This document shows positions 39,884 through 49,478 of a DNA stretch of 55,512 nucleotides, piece by piece. Positions within the stretch are counted from its first letter, which is position 1. Every line of letters begins with the position of its first letter. Location of the stretch: the sequence record NZ_CP071303.1. One strand, 5' to 3'. Under the pieces are notes generated by a model. That model saw only the letters and a list, made by a program, of their open reading frames with translations, had not been told where the DNA came from and did not search any database. The DNA is from a plasmid. A program made the position numbers and the translations under genes.

Positions 39884-40321
39884 TTATCCCAAAAATTTGG
39901 TAATACTATCTGTAATATTTTGAATTTGTTCAGGGATATTTTCGGTTATATCTCCTGCAACATTTTGAATTTGTTCAGGGATATTTTCGGTTATACCTCC
40001 TGCAACATTTTGAATTTGTTCAGGGATATTTTCGGTTATACCTCCTGCAACATTTTGAATTTGTTCAGGAATATTTTCGGTTATACCTCCTGCAACATTT
40101 TGAATTTGTTCAGGGATATTTTCGGTTATACCTCCTGCAACATTTTGAATTTGTTCAGGAATATTTTCGGTTATACCTCCTGCAACATTTTGAATTTGTT
40201 CAGGGATATTTTCGGTTATACCTCCTGCAACGTTTTGAATTTGTTCAGGAATATTTTCGGTTATATTTCCCAAAATTTCTTGTGCTTGTCCAGTTAAGTT
40301 TTGAAATATATTTTTAAACAT
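39884..40321 (-). CDS. Acidic tandem-repeat protein (8 x 16-aa ITENIPEQIQNVAGG), translationally coupled downstream of the P1B-4 ATPase
   Basis: GGAG RBS 14 nt after the ATPase stop; the eight 48-bp DNA repeats are near-identical (two alternating variants) at 39915..40305. Confidence 0.5.
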   Translation of the reverse strand: MFKNIFQNLTGQAQEILGNITENIPEQIQNVAGGITENIPEQIQNVAGGITENIPEQIQNVAGGITENIPEQIQNVAGGITENIPEQIQNVAGGITENIPEQIQNVAGGITENIPEQIQNVAGDITENIPEQIQNITDSITKFLG

Positions 40322-40335
40322 TTATAGTTCTCCTT

Positions 40336-42225
40336 CTATATTTTTTTATTTGGCAATAATAATCTCAATGAATTTAGCAGAACAACCAGAGTACTTCCCT
40401 CATGCAATGTTATGCTTAGTACCACGGAGGCATTTTTCCAAAGACTAATATACACTAAAAATAGAACAACTAATAAAGCAAATATTATATTTTGAGTTAC
40501 AATATTTTTTAATCTTTTAGAAGTTTTATGTGCACTCACAAAATTCCCAAGGTCATTCTTCATTAATACTACATCTGCAGTTTCTATAGCTACATCTGTG
40601 CCATCTCCCATCGCAATACCTACATCTGCTACAGCAAGTGCTGGTGCATCGTTAACACCATCTCCGACCATCGCGGTTGGACCATATTTTTCTTTATTTT
40701 CATTTATTATTTTTGCCTTTTCATCAGGCATTACATTTGCCTGCACATCTCTTACACCTAACTGTTTTCCAATTGCCTTTCCTGTTAATACTGCATCACC
40801 AGTTATCATAATAGTTTTTATTTGATTCTTATTTAAATATTGAATTGCTGAAATTGCAGTCTTTTGAGGAGTATCTTGAATTGCTATTAAACCTTCGACT
40901 TTATCGTTAACAGCAATAAATACCACCGTTTTTCCTTCATTTTCAAAGTTTTCCTGTTTTTCAATCCATTCTTGACTTACGATTTTAAAAGCACTTGGTT
41001 TAGCAATTCGATAGCTTTCTCCTTGGTAGGTTGCGCTCAACCCTGTCCCAAGTTCATTTTCTACTTTGATATCGTAGTCAACTTTTTGAATTTCAAATTT
41101 ATTAACTATAGCATTTGCTAATGGGTGATTACTTTGCTTTTCCATTGCTACTAATGTATTTCTAAAGGATTCACCATCAAGTTCGGGATTAAAATAGAAA
41201 TCTACTACTTTTGGTTTTCCTTCTGTCAATGTTCCTGTTTTATCAAAAGCGACAGCTTTTAAATTAATTAAATTTGAAAGAAAATTACCACCTTTAAATA
41301 GTATTCCTTGTTTTGCTAAAGATGATATTCCAGCTAATGTTGCAGGAATTGCAGCAACAGCTAATGCACATGGTGAAGCAGAGACTAGAAAGACTAAACT
41401 TCTTGAAATTGTTTCCGTTAATGTCCAGCCTAAAAACATTGGAGAAAATATAATTAAAGCTAAAAATATTACTAATACTCCGTTGACATAGTGTGGTTCA
41501 AAACGTTTTATGAAATCGGCAGTTGGTGAAAGGTTATTTTGTGACTCTTCAACCATAGTTAATATTTTAGAAAATACTGTATCCTTGCTATCCTTGGATA
41601 CTCTCATAGTGAATGTACCTGTACCATTAATGGTTGAACCAAAAACAATATCACCAACATTTTTTTCTCGAGGAATACTTTCACCATTTATGGTTGACTC
41701 ATCAATGCTTGTTGAACCATTAAGTATGATACCATCAGTTGGAACTTGCGCTCCATTCAAAACTTGAAGTCTATCACCTATTTTTAATTTATCAATCGAA
41801 ACTACTTCTATATTTCCCTCATTATTAATTAAACGAGCTTCCGTAGGATTTAGTTCTATTAGTTTAGTAATTTCCCGTTTACTTTTTCCCTCAACATATT
41901 CTTCAAGAAAGTGTGCCCCTGCGAATATAAAGATTAGTAGAGCAGCTTCAACGGCTTCTCCTAAGAAAATTGCACCTATTGCGGCAAGTGTCATTAAAAT
42001 ATGCGTATTAGGAGTAAATCTTTTCTTTTTGACTGTCTCTTTTATGGTATCATCTATCCCTTCAAGCATTACATGATATCCCGATAAAATAGTTGCTATT
42101 ATGCTAATTAAAACTCTGACTGTACTTGATATTGGGAGTAATAATCCGATGATAAAAATTATTATTCCGATAAAATATAAGCGTAATGCTCTCTTTTCTT
42201 TTAAAGCTGTAATTAAGCTTTTCAT
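40336..42225 (-). CDS. Heavy-metal P-type ATPase, P1B-4 subgroup (Co/Zn/Cd-type), no N-terminal metal-binding domain
   Basis: TM6 SPC motif (VSASPCALAV), TM8 HEGST, DKTGTLT, GDGVNDAPAL; starts directly with TM helices. Confidence 0.8.
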   Translation of the reverse strand: MKSLITALKEKRALRLYFIGIIIFIIGLLLPISSTVRVLISIIATILSGYHVMLEGIDDTIKETVKKKRFTPNTHILMTLAAIGAIFLGEAVEAALLIFIFAGAHFLEEYVEGKSKREITKLIELNPTEARLINNEGNIEVVSIDKLKIGDRLQVLNGAQVPTDGIILNGSTSIDESTINGESIPREKNVGDIVFGSTINGTGTFTMRVSKDSKDTVFSKILTMVEESQNNLSPTADFIKRFEPHYVNGVLVIFLALIIFSPMFLGWTLTETISRSLVFLVSASPCALAVAAIPATLAGISSLAKQGILFKGGNFLSNLINLKAVAFDKTGTLTEGKPKVVDFYFNPELDGESFRNTLVAMEKQSNHPLANAIVNKFEIQKVDYDIKVENELGTGLSATYQGESYRIAKPSAFKIVSQEWIEKQENFENEGKTVVFIAVNDKVEGLIAIQDTPQKTAISAIQYLNKNQIKTIMITGDAVLTGKAIGKQLGVRDVQANVMPDEKAKIINENKEKYGPTAMVGDGVNDAPALAVADVGIAMGDGTDVAIETADVVLMKNDLGNFVSAHKTSKRLKNIVTQNIIFALLVVLFLVYISLWKNASVVLSITLHEGSTLVVLLNSLRLLLPNKKI

Positions 42226-42275
42226 ATTAGATACCTCTTCTAAATGATATAAATATTTTTATATGTTATACTGAT

Positions 42276-42306
42276 ATTATAAACTATACCTTTACGGTAA
42301 GGTCAA
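42276..42306 (-). promoter_or_regulatory. MerR-type promoter for the ATPase operon
   Basis: On the minus strand, TTGACC, then 19 bp (containing the imperfect dyad ACCTTACCGTAAAGGT), then TATAAT; divergent from the merR-like gene. Confidence 0.65.
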
Positions 42307-42315
42307 GGAGAAAGA

Positions 42316-43095
42316 ATGGAAAATAAAAATTATTTGACTATAGGAAAACTTAGCAGCTATTCTGGTATACATATCAAGGCTTTAAGATATTATGAGTCTA
42401 TCGGCATTTTACATCCAGCATTAATTGATGCTAATAATGGTTACCGCTATTACTCTCATGCACATATTCCATATGTGAAAATTATAAAATTATGTGCTGA
42501 TTATGGAATTCCTCTAGGGACTTTTAACGACTTTATTAAGTCCGAAACTGAGATCAATTTGATCGAAATCATTAGAAAAGCTAGTAACATATTAGAATTA
42601 AAAGAAAAGCAATTAAAAGAGGATAAGCAATTTTTAGAATATATACAAAATGAAATAAGCTTATCTCAAAAACTAGACTCATCAATTAATGTTGATTTAG
42701 AGCAAACTCATGAGGATTTTATCTTGATACCTTTCGATGATGTATTTTTTTCAAATAAGTACTATGATACAATTAATAAAACTATCTCTATGTTGAAGGA
42801 TTTAGAAATAGAATTTTTTAACCGAATTGGGTGTTATTATTCACTCCAGTATGGTAACTACGATAAATTTCTTGCCTTAAAAGTTCGGGGCCACTCATCA
42901 AAGTTAAAAAACATAAAAATTTTGCATATTGATCATGTCTGTGTTCAAGCACAACATATTGAACCTGATAAGATAACGGATGAATTAATTAGACTTAAAA
43001 AACTTAAGCAAAATTCTATATTAATTCTGGAAACTTACGAAAATCCGTACAACTTTTCAACGCCACATCTGGAATTAAGGATATTATTAAATTAA
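42316..43095 (+). CDS. MerR-family transcriptional regulator with an extended C-terminal domain
   Basis: N-terminal HTH TIGKLSSYSGIHIKALRYYESIGIL; 259 aa, longer than classical metal-sensing MerR regulators. Confidence 0.7.
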   Translation: MENKNYLTIGKLSSYSGIHIKALRYYESIGILHPALIDANNGYRYYSHAHIPYVKIIKLCADYGIPLGTFNDFIKSETEINLIEIIRKASNILELKEKQLKEDKQFLEYIQNEISLSQKLDSSINVDLEQTHEDFILIPFDDVFFSNKYYDTINKTISMLKDLEIEFFNRIGCYYSLQYGNYDKFLALKVRGHSSKLKNIKILHIDHVCVQAQHIEPDKITDELIRLKKLKQNSILILETYENPYNFSTPHLELRILLN

Positions 43096-43107
43096 TTGGC
43101 AGTTATC

Positions 43108-43150
43108 TAAAAATACAATACTAGATATGTATCTAGTATTGTATTTTTTA
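43108..43150. terminator. Bidirectional terminator
   Basis: Perfect palindrome AAAATACAATACTAGATA..TATCTAGTATTGTATTTT. Confidence 0.65.
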
Positions 43151-43515
43151 ATTTGGGAGTAGGAATACTACATTTTCTGGGCTAATATTTGTTCTAACAT
43201 TTCCCCAAGGAAATGTCCCACCATATCCAGCTTCTTGAACGTTAAATGTTCCATCTGGGTTCACCCCAGTTACTACTGCCACATGACCATATGGTGAGGT
43301 TCGAGCTGTAGTAGACGTTCCATATCCTGTAAAATGGTCAGTAAATCCTGAAGCAATAACTCCTGGAGCCAAATTTGTTCGACGCAAGACTCCTTGACTC
43401 ACACCATTTGTTCCCCAATAACCTCCATTACCATTTACTATGTTTGCTATATATATTCCTTTAGCGGCAAAGTACTGCCAAACAAAATCGGTACAGCCTC
43501 CGCCTGCATAAGGAT
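43148..43515 (-). pseudogene. CHAP-domain peptidoglycan hydrolase remnant, N-terminally truncated by IS6 insertion
   Basis: HPYAGGGCTDFVWQYF...YGHVAVV (CHAP Cys/His); the coding frame runs straight into the IS IR at 43516. Confidence 0.55.
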
Positions 43516-44324
43516 GGTTCTGTTGCAAAGTTCCCCATAACACCTGATTTATTGTAAAATGTAATAAAAAAGAATGCGAGGACAATAGATGAATCATTTT
43601 AAGGGCAAACAATTCCAAAAAGACGTGATTATTATCTCTGTTGGGTATTATCTTCGCTATAATTTGAGTTATCGTGATGTTCAAGAGATGTTATATGATC
43701 GTGGCATTAACGTTTCTCACACAACAATTTACCGTTGGGTTCAAGAATATGGTAAGCTGATCTATCAAATCTGGAAAAAGAAAAATAGACAGTCCTTTTA
43801 TTCGTGGAAAATGGACGAAACTTATATTAAAATTAAAGGGAAGTGGCATTATCTCTATCGTGCAATCGACTCAGAAGGCATGACACTGGATATTTGGCTA
43901 AGACGAAAGAGAAATACTCAGTCTGCTTATGCTTTCTTTAAACGACTATACAAGCAGTTTGGGGAACCGAAAGTTATCGTGACAGATAAAGCACCATCAA
44001 TTGCTAGTGCTTTTAGGAAGTTACAAAAGCAGGGGCTATACAGCGAAACTGAGCACCGGACAGTCAAGTATCTCAATAACTTAATTGAGCAAGATCATAG
44101 ACCTGTTAAACGTCGAAATAAACTTTATCAAAGTCTTCGTACTGCATCAACTACGATTAAGGGCATAGAAGCATTGAGAGGCATATACAAAAAGAACCGA
44201 AGAAATGGAACGCTCTTCGGCTTTTCGGCATCTACTGAAATTAAAGTTTTGATGGGTATACCAGCATAGTCAAAGTATCAGAATGGGACTTTTGTACTCA
44301 GTATTGAAACTTTGCAACAGAACC
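43516..44324 (+). mobile_element. IS6-family element, 809 bp (copy 4, divergent variant)
   Basis: IRL GGTTCTGTTGCAAAGTTC, IRR AAACTTTGCAACAGAACC; transposase 43589..44269. Confidence 0.9.
43589..44269 (+). CDS. IS6-family transposase
   Basis: 226 aa, MNHFKGKQFQKDVIIISVGYYLRYNLSYRDVQEML... Confidence 0.9.
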   Translation: MNHFKGKQFQKDVIIISVGYYLRYNLSYRDVQEMLYDRGINVSHTTIYRWVQEYGKLIYQIWKKKNRQSFYSWKMDETYIKIKGKWHYLYRAIDSEGMTLDIWLRRKRNTQSAYAFFKRLYKQFGEPKVIVTDKAPSIASAFRKLQKQGLYSETEHRTVKYLNNLIEQDHRPVKRRNKLYQSLRTASTTIKGIEALRGIYKKNRRNGTLFGFSASTEIKVLMGIPA

Positions 44325-44626
44325 CATTTTTGCGTTTGACTTGTAAGAACAGGATTGAATGAAGCCATACTGTTCGCATATTTTTAGTGAATGAACAAAC
44401 AAAATACGAGAGATTTTTTGTTCGTTCATCCATGGTTTTAGAAAAAAGAGGGACGATTTCGGAAGACGAAAATCGTCTCTTTTTTTCTTCTTTTTGTATG
44501 ACAAAAAGAAAGATCTTTTGCCTATTTTATTTTTATAAAATGGGTAGGTGGCGTTTGCTTTAAGCAAATCGACACAATCCAAAGGGGATAAAAGGGGAAA
44601 GTGAAACTTCCCCCTTTTCAAGCCAC

Positions 44627-44672
44627 ATTGTAATACAAGAACGAAGTGCTTTGTATTACAATGTGATAGCTT
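44627..44672. promoter_or_regulatory. 13-bp inverted repeat CATTGTAATACAA..TTGTATTACAATG; candidate oriT or mob operator
   Basis: Perfect IR with an 18-bp spacer, about 140 bp upstream of mobC. Confidence 0.4.
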
Positions 44673-44811
44673 GCAGTATTTATGGTTTTATATAGTCTAT
44701 TTTGTTATAATGATTGTAACCGAATAGGGCGCAATGCTTATTACAAAATCAATGACAAAGGGCGATTGAGGAATGAGCGCTGGGGCATTTTATCTTTGAG
44801 GAGGCTATTTA

Positions 44812-45176
44812 TGGATCAGAAAGAAGTATCACAAAATCAAACAAAGTACATTCAATTTAGATTATCTGAAGAACAATACAATAAGCTGAAAATTTCAGGA
44901 GAAACATATGGACTCTCTCCGAATCTCTATGCGAAAAAATTAGCACAAAAATCTCATTTAAAAAAACCTTATCTCGAACATGACCAAGCGAAAGCTTTAT
45001 TGCTAGAACTCTCAAAACAAGGAACCAATTTAAATCAAATCGCCAAGAAACTCAATCAATTCGATCGGATGGACAACCAAGATAAAGAGCTGATCGAGGC
45101 TTTACGCTATACATACGGAGTACTCGCTCAAGCTCAAAAAGGGTATCAAGAGTTATGGCAACAATTGCAAAAATAA
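44812..45176 (+). CDS. mobC: MobC-family mobilisation accessory protein
   Basis: Start at MDQKEV with GAGGAGG RBS; MobC signature GTNLNQIAKKLN. Confidence 0.7.
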
Positions 45177-46387
45177 GCAATGGCGCAAGTGCAGCGAGCG
45201 CCCTTAATTATGCTTTAGGTCAAGACAGACCCATGCATGAAAAAACTGAACAGTGGCTACAAGACCATCAATTGGAACGTCCTGTGGAGCTGACAAATTG
45301 TCGGGCAGTTGCCGTGGGTGGAACCAACGGGATTGATCCCTTTATCGCCAAAGAACAATTTGATGTCATTCGACAACTTCATAACCAAACCAAAGAATCC
45401 AATCAAGTCTTGCGTATTACCCAATCTTTCGCCTTGGATGAACTGAATCCGAAAGTTCAAAAAGACTGGCAAAAAGCCAATGATTTAGGCGTTGAATTAG
45501 CAGAAAATCTCTATCCTAACCATCAAAGTGCTGTGTATACGCATTTAGACGGAAAAAATCACGTCTTACACAACCACATCATTGTCAATAAGGTCAATTT
45601 AGAGACAGGAAAGAAATTAAGAGAACAAAAAGGAGAAAGCGTTCAACGAGCACGAGAAATGAATGATCGACTCGCTTCTCGAGAAAACTGGCACATTTTA
45701 GAGCCACCAAAAGAGCGCCAAACAGAGACAGAAAAAGAACTAATCGCCAAAAATGAGTATTCCTACATGGATGATTTGAGAGAAAGAATCAATAAATCGC
45801 TTCAAGATGTCTCTGTGAGCTCATATGAGACGTTTAAAGAGCGCTTATCCGATAATGGTGTAATTCTATCAGAAAGAGGCCAAACGTTCTCATACGCCTT
45901 TTTAGACGCCAATAACAAGCAAAGACGAGCACGAGAGACCCGATTGGGTTCTGATTTTGGAAGGGAGACCATTTTACATGAGTTGGAAAACCGAGCAAGA
46001 CAAAACGAATTTAGCGCTGTTGAACAACGAGAACCAGCGATTACTCCGCTTGAGCGAGACACTCAACAAAGAGAATCAGAAATTGTTAGCCTTGAACAAG
46101 CAATTGAACCAAGAAAATCAGAAGCTCTCAAGCGAGAATCAAAAATTAATCGATTTATTGACACAATCAAACAGTTTGCAGGACGAGTACCAGAACTTAC
46201 TCAACGCGTTACAAGAAAATTAAATCAAACAAAAGAGAAAATCCTCGATGATTTTGAACGTCGCTTTTCAAAGGACATGAAAAATTACGAGCAAGAACAA
46301 CAGAAAAGCCTAGAAAAACAAGCGAATAGAGACGTACAGTCTGAAAAGAAACCAACAAAAGATCATGATCGGGGGATGAGTCGATGA
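45155..46387 (+). CDS. mobA: Relaxase (MobA; Relaxase/Mobilisation nuclease domain)
   Basis: N-terminal MATIAKISNGASAASALNYALG and three-His motif HLDGKNHVLHNHIIVN; C-terminal coiled coil. Confidence 0.85.
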   Translation: MATIAKISNGASAASALNYALGQDRPMHEKTEQWLQDHQLERPVELTNCRAVAVGGTNGIDPFIAKEQFDVIRQLHNQTKESNQVLRITQSFALDELNPKVQKDWQKANDLGVELAENLYPNHQSAVYTHLDGKNHVLHNHIIVNKVNLETGKKLREQKGESVQRAREMNDRLASRENWHILEPPKERQTETEKELIAKNEYSYMDDLRERINKSLQDVSVSSYETFKERLSDNGVILSERGQTFSYAFLDANNKQRRARETRLGSDFGRETILHELENRARQNEFSAVEQREPAITPLERDTQQRESEIVSLEQAIEPRKSEALKRESKINRFIDTIKQFAGRVPELTQRVTRKLNQTKEKILDDFERRFSKDMKNYEQEQQKSLEKQANRDVQSEKKPTKDHDRGMSR

Positions 46388-47007
46388 ATAAAGATGAACA
46401 ACTCGTTGTTCAAGTATTAAATGCTTATAAAAATGGCAAAATTGATTTCAGTCACGTTCCAGAACTAGAAACCTTAGTCCGTCAAGAAGTTAATAAAGAC
46501 TTTCGGGACTACCAAGAAAAATTAGAAGCTGTTGCGAATCAAAAAATTGAGTCTGCCATTCAAGAACAACTCCATCGTTTAGAGGCAGAAAACTTAAAAG
46601 CGACCATACTGAAAGACATTCAAGTTGAAAAACAAGCATTACTCGCTTTGAAAAAAGAACTGAATGAACAAAAAGAGCAGATAAAAGCAGATCGCAAACG
46701 TGAGATTGTCGAACGTTACGGTATTTTGATTGCGAACATTGTCTGCCTGTTCTGTTTCTTAGTTGTCGGTATTCTCATCGGACGATGGATTTATAAAGGG
46801 ATCTGGGATGGTTGGGGTTTGCATATTTTGTATGATACAGTGATGGAAATACAGCCTAAACATCCTTATGGGGCAGTCGTTCTTGGATTAGGTGGTTTTG
46901 GTTTAATCGGAGCTGGTATCTATGGCAGTTTTCGATTAATGTATACCGCTTCAACATGGTTTGATCAACGTCCAAAAATTTTCAAAAGAATCTTTCCGAA
47001 AAAATAG
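46384..47007 (+). CDS. mobB: MobB-like mobilisation protein (coiled coil plus C-terminal TM)
   Basis: Overlaps the mobA stop; position and architecture as in the lactococcal mobABC region. Confidence 0.5.
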   Translation: MNKDEQLVVQVLNAYKNGKIDFSHVPELETLVRQEVNKDFRDYQEKLEAVANQKIESAIQEQLHRLEAENLKATILKDIQVEKQALLALKKELNEQKEQIKADRKREIVERYGILIANIVCLFCFLVVGILIGRWIYKGIWDGWGLHILYDTVMEIQPKHPYGAVVLGLGGFGLIGAGIYGSFRLMYTASTWFDQRPKIFKRIFPKK

Positions 47008-47023
47008 AGAGTGAGGGGATATT

Positions 47024-47626
47024 TTGGTTTTAGATAATAAATTAGGCTTAACAAATTCAGCAGAATTAGCCAAACAAGAAGAAATCTTAACGAAAAAAAG
47101 AGCCAAAGAATTGTTTGAGTCTGGCAAAATAGAGGATCTTGAAATTGGGACGTTTCAAGGCTTATCTGATATTCATCAGTTTTTATTCCAAGATATTTAC
47201 GACTTTGCAGGAAAAATTCGAGAAGTGAATATTGCGAAAGGAAACTTTCAATTTGCGCCACGTATTTTTTTAGCGCAAACACTTGAATATATTGATAAAT
47301 TACCTCAAGAAACATTTGATGAAATTATTGATAAGTATTCGGATATGAATGTGGCGCATCCTTTTAGGGAAGGCAATGGACGAGCCACTCGTATCTGGTT
47401 GGATTTAATTCTTAAAAATAAACTACACAAAATCGTCGATTGGAATCAAATTGATAAGGATGAATATTTAAATGCCATGATCCGTAGTACAGTCAGCACC
47501 AATGAATTAAAATATTTGATTCAAAAGGCTTTAACCGATGATTTAGGTAAAGAACAATTCTTTAAAGGAATTGATGCGAGTTATTATTACGAGGGATATT
47601 ATGAAATAAAAACAGAAGATTTATAA
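47024..47626 (+). CDS. fic: Fic-family protein (AMP transferase), class III with C-terminal inhibitory motif
   Basis: Fic motif HPFREGNGRATR; C-terminal SYYYEG fits the (S/T)xxxE(G/N) inhibitory helix; 200 aa, as for NmFic. Confidence 0.75.
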   Translation: MVLDNKLGLTNSAELAKQEEILTKKRAKELFESGKIEDLEIGTFQGLSDIHQFLFQDIYDFAGKIREVNIAKGNFQFAPRIFLAQTLEYIDKLPQETFDEIIDKYSDMNVAHPFREGNGRATRIWLDLILKNKLHKIVDWNQIDKDEYLNAMIRSTVSTNELKYLIQKALTDDLGKEQFFKGIDASYYYEGYYEIKTEDL

Positions 47627-47635
47627 ATAACCGAT

Positions 47636-47680
47636 ACAAACAGACTAATCAAATTCTATATTGATTAGTCTGTTTGCTTA
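47636..47680 (+). terminator. Rho-independent terminator after fic
   Basis: caaacagactaatcaa...ttgattagtctgtttg perfect 16-bp stem. Confidence 0.65.
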
Positions 47681-47841
47681 CGGGATAATTTTGACTTTTG
47701 ATTTTAAATTTTTGAAAAAAATAAAAAAAGGCGAAGCCTATATTAATTTATCATATATATTTTAATCTTTTCTTCTTTTGCGTGGTGAAAAAGTCAATGT
47801 TTCCGCCAATTATATAAATTATACCAAGACAAAAAACAATG

Positions 47842-48649
47842 GGTTCTGTTGCGAAGTTTGAAAATCAAACGAGCCCTCTCTGAACTCAGAATATCTTAGG
47901 CTGGTATTCCCATTAATACCTTGATTTCAGTAGACACCGAAAAGCCGAAGAGCGTTCCATTTCTTCGGTTCTTTTTATATATTCCTCTAAGGGTCTCCAT
48001 GCCCTTAATCGTGGAAGAGGCTGTACGGAGACTTTGATAAAATTTATTCCGTCGTTTAATAGGTCGATGGTCTTGTTCTATTAAATTGTTAAGATACTTC
48101 ACAGTTCGGTGCTCTGTCTTAGTATATAAACCCACACTCTGTAACTTTCTAAAGGCGGAGCCAAGAGAAGGTGCTTTATCGGTCACAATTGCTTTCGGCT
48201 TACCAAACGGTTTATGGAGTCGTTTTAAGAAAGCATAGGCTGCTTGCGTATCCCGTTTCTTTCGTAACCAGATATCTAAGGTTAAGCCGTCCGCATCGAT
48301 GGCTCGATACAAATAATGCCAATGTCCCTTAATTTTGATATAGGTTTCGTCCATTTTCCATGAATAGAAGGATTGTCTATTTTTCTTCTTCCAAAGATAA
48401 TAGAGGACTTTGCTGTACTCTTGCACCCAACGATAAATCGTAGTATGACAAACATTTATTCCACAATCATATAACAATTCCTGAACTTCACGATAGCTTA
48501 GATTGTAACGCAGGTAGTAACCAACAGCGACAATAATGACGTCTTTTTTGAATTGTTTGCCTTTAAAATGATTCATTACTCTGTCCTCTCTGTCTTTTTT
48601 CTCAATTTTACACTAAAATAGATTTTTTGGAAAACTTTGCAACAGAACC
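47842..48649 (-). mobile_element. IS6-family element, ISS1-like, 808 bp (copy 5, inverted)
   Basis: IRs GGTTCTGTTGCGAAGTTT and AAACTTTGCAACAGAACC; transposase 47896..48576 on the minus strand. Confidence 0.9.
47896..48576 (-). CDS. IS6-family transposase
   Basis: 226 aa, near-identical to copies 1 and 2. Confidence 0.9.
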   Translation of the reverse strand: MNHFKGKQFKKDVIIVAVGYYLRYNLSYREVQELLYDCGINVCHTTIYRWVQEYSKVLYYLWKKKNRQSFYSWKMDETYIKIKGHWHYLYRAIDADGLTLDIWLRKKRDTQAAYAFLKRLHKPFGKPKAIVTDKAPSLGSAFRKLQSVGLYTKTEHRTVKYLNNLIEQDHRPIKRRNKFYQSLRTASSTIKGMETLRGIYKKNRRNGTLFGFSVSTEIKVLMGIPA

Positions 48650-48655
48650 TTAATT

Positions 48656-48829
48656 ATGTTTGATAAATTAATTGAAGAACTATCCGAACTAATTGACGAA
48701 GACGAATTAAACGACTACAAAAAAGCAAAAGAAGTCGTTGAAAAAATTCCAGAAAATGAAGTCGAAGAATTGTGTTTTACGATTGAAAGTTTGTACGGAG
48801 ATATTGAAAATTATCCTAGCTATTTCTAA
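48656..48829 (+). CDS. Small acidic hypothetical protein (57 aa), possibly the 3' remainder of a gene cut by the IS
   Basis: The ORF begins 7 bp after the IS end; no RBS. Confidence 0.2.
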   Translation: MFDKLIEELSELIDEDELNDYKKAKEVVEKIPENEVEELCFTIESLYGDIENYPSYF

Positions 48830-48940
48830 AAAATGGGGATTGGGGCAACGCCACAAAAGTAAAAAGAATCGTCTGAAGCGAGGAACAAACTAAAATGTAA
48901 ATTTTAGTTGTGACCGAGTGGAAGATGATTACTTTTTAAC

Positions 48941-48960
48941 CTATGTGTATATACACATAG
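48941..48960. promoter_or_regulatory. 20-bp perfect palindrome CTATGTGTATATACACATAG; candidate oriT of the second mobilisation module
   Basis: About 70 bp upstream of mobC2. Confidence 0.4.
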
Positions 48961-49031
48961 TAAGCTCGCTAAAGACACTAACCCCCTATTTTGGGCTTTT
49001 AGAGTTGACAGATATTTGTGAGGTTGACAAG

Positions 49032-49478
49032 ATGAAAAAAATCAAAAATCGTGAGAGAAATATTTTAAAAAGGTTCTTCGTAAATGAAAAAGAAGACGAA
49101 AGAATTAAATTGATGATGAGAAAAACTGGTATCACTAATTTTTCTATTTTTGCAAGACGAGCTTGTTGCAATAAAGAGATTTTTTCTATTGATTTTTCAG
49201 AATATAAAAATATTATTTCTGAAATTGCTTCGACAAAATCTGAACTCAAACGTATCGGAAATAATATCAATCAAATTGCTAAACATTTAAACGAAAATAA
49301 AAATAATCAGACAAAAGAATGGATGTCTGATTATCAAAATCAATTAGAAAATTTGGAAGAAAAATTCAAGAAGTCGTTCATTTTATTTCGGAGGGCTAGA
49401 AAAAATGACAGTGATTTATATGCCAAAACAATCGAACGGAACGGTTCATTCTTCAAAAGATTTAAACCAACTCATTGA
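49032..49478 (+). CDS. MobC-family mobilisation accessory protein (second copy)
   Basis: RIGNNINQIAKHLN signature; start at 49032 rather than the track's 48918; overlaps the relaxase start. Confidence 0.6.
   Translation: MKKIKNRERNILKRFFVNEKEDERIKLMMRKTGITNFSIFARRACCNKEIFSIDFSEYKNIISEIASTKSELKRIGNNINQIAKHLNENKNNQTKEWMSDYQNQLENLEEKFKKSFILFRRARKNDSDLYAKTIERNGSFFKRFKPTH

Noticed and set aside
39915-40305. Regular 48-bp direct repeats that could be mistaken for a CRISPR array
   Set aside because: The repeats abut one another with no unique spacers and sit inside an open reading frame; the 22-bp repeats at 51645 are origin iterons next to repB.
44298-44621. 107-aa minus-strand ORF downstream of IS6 copy 4
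   Set aside because: It runs through the IS IRR and a terminator hairpin, is lysine-rich and low-complexity, and has no RBS.
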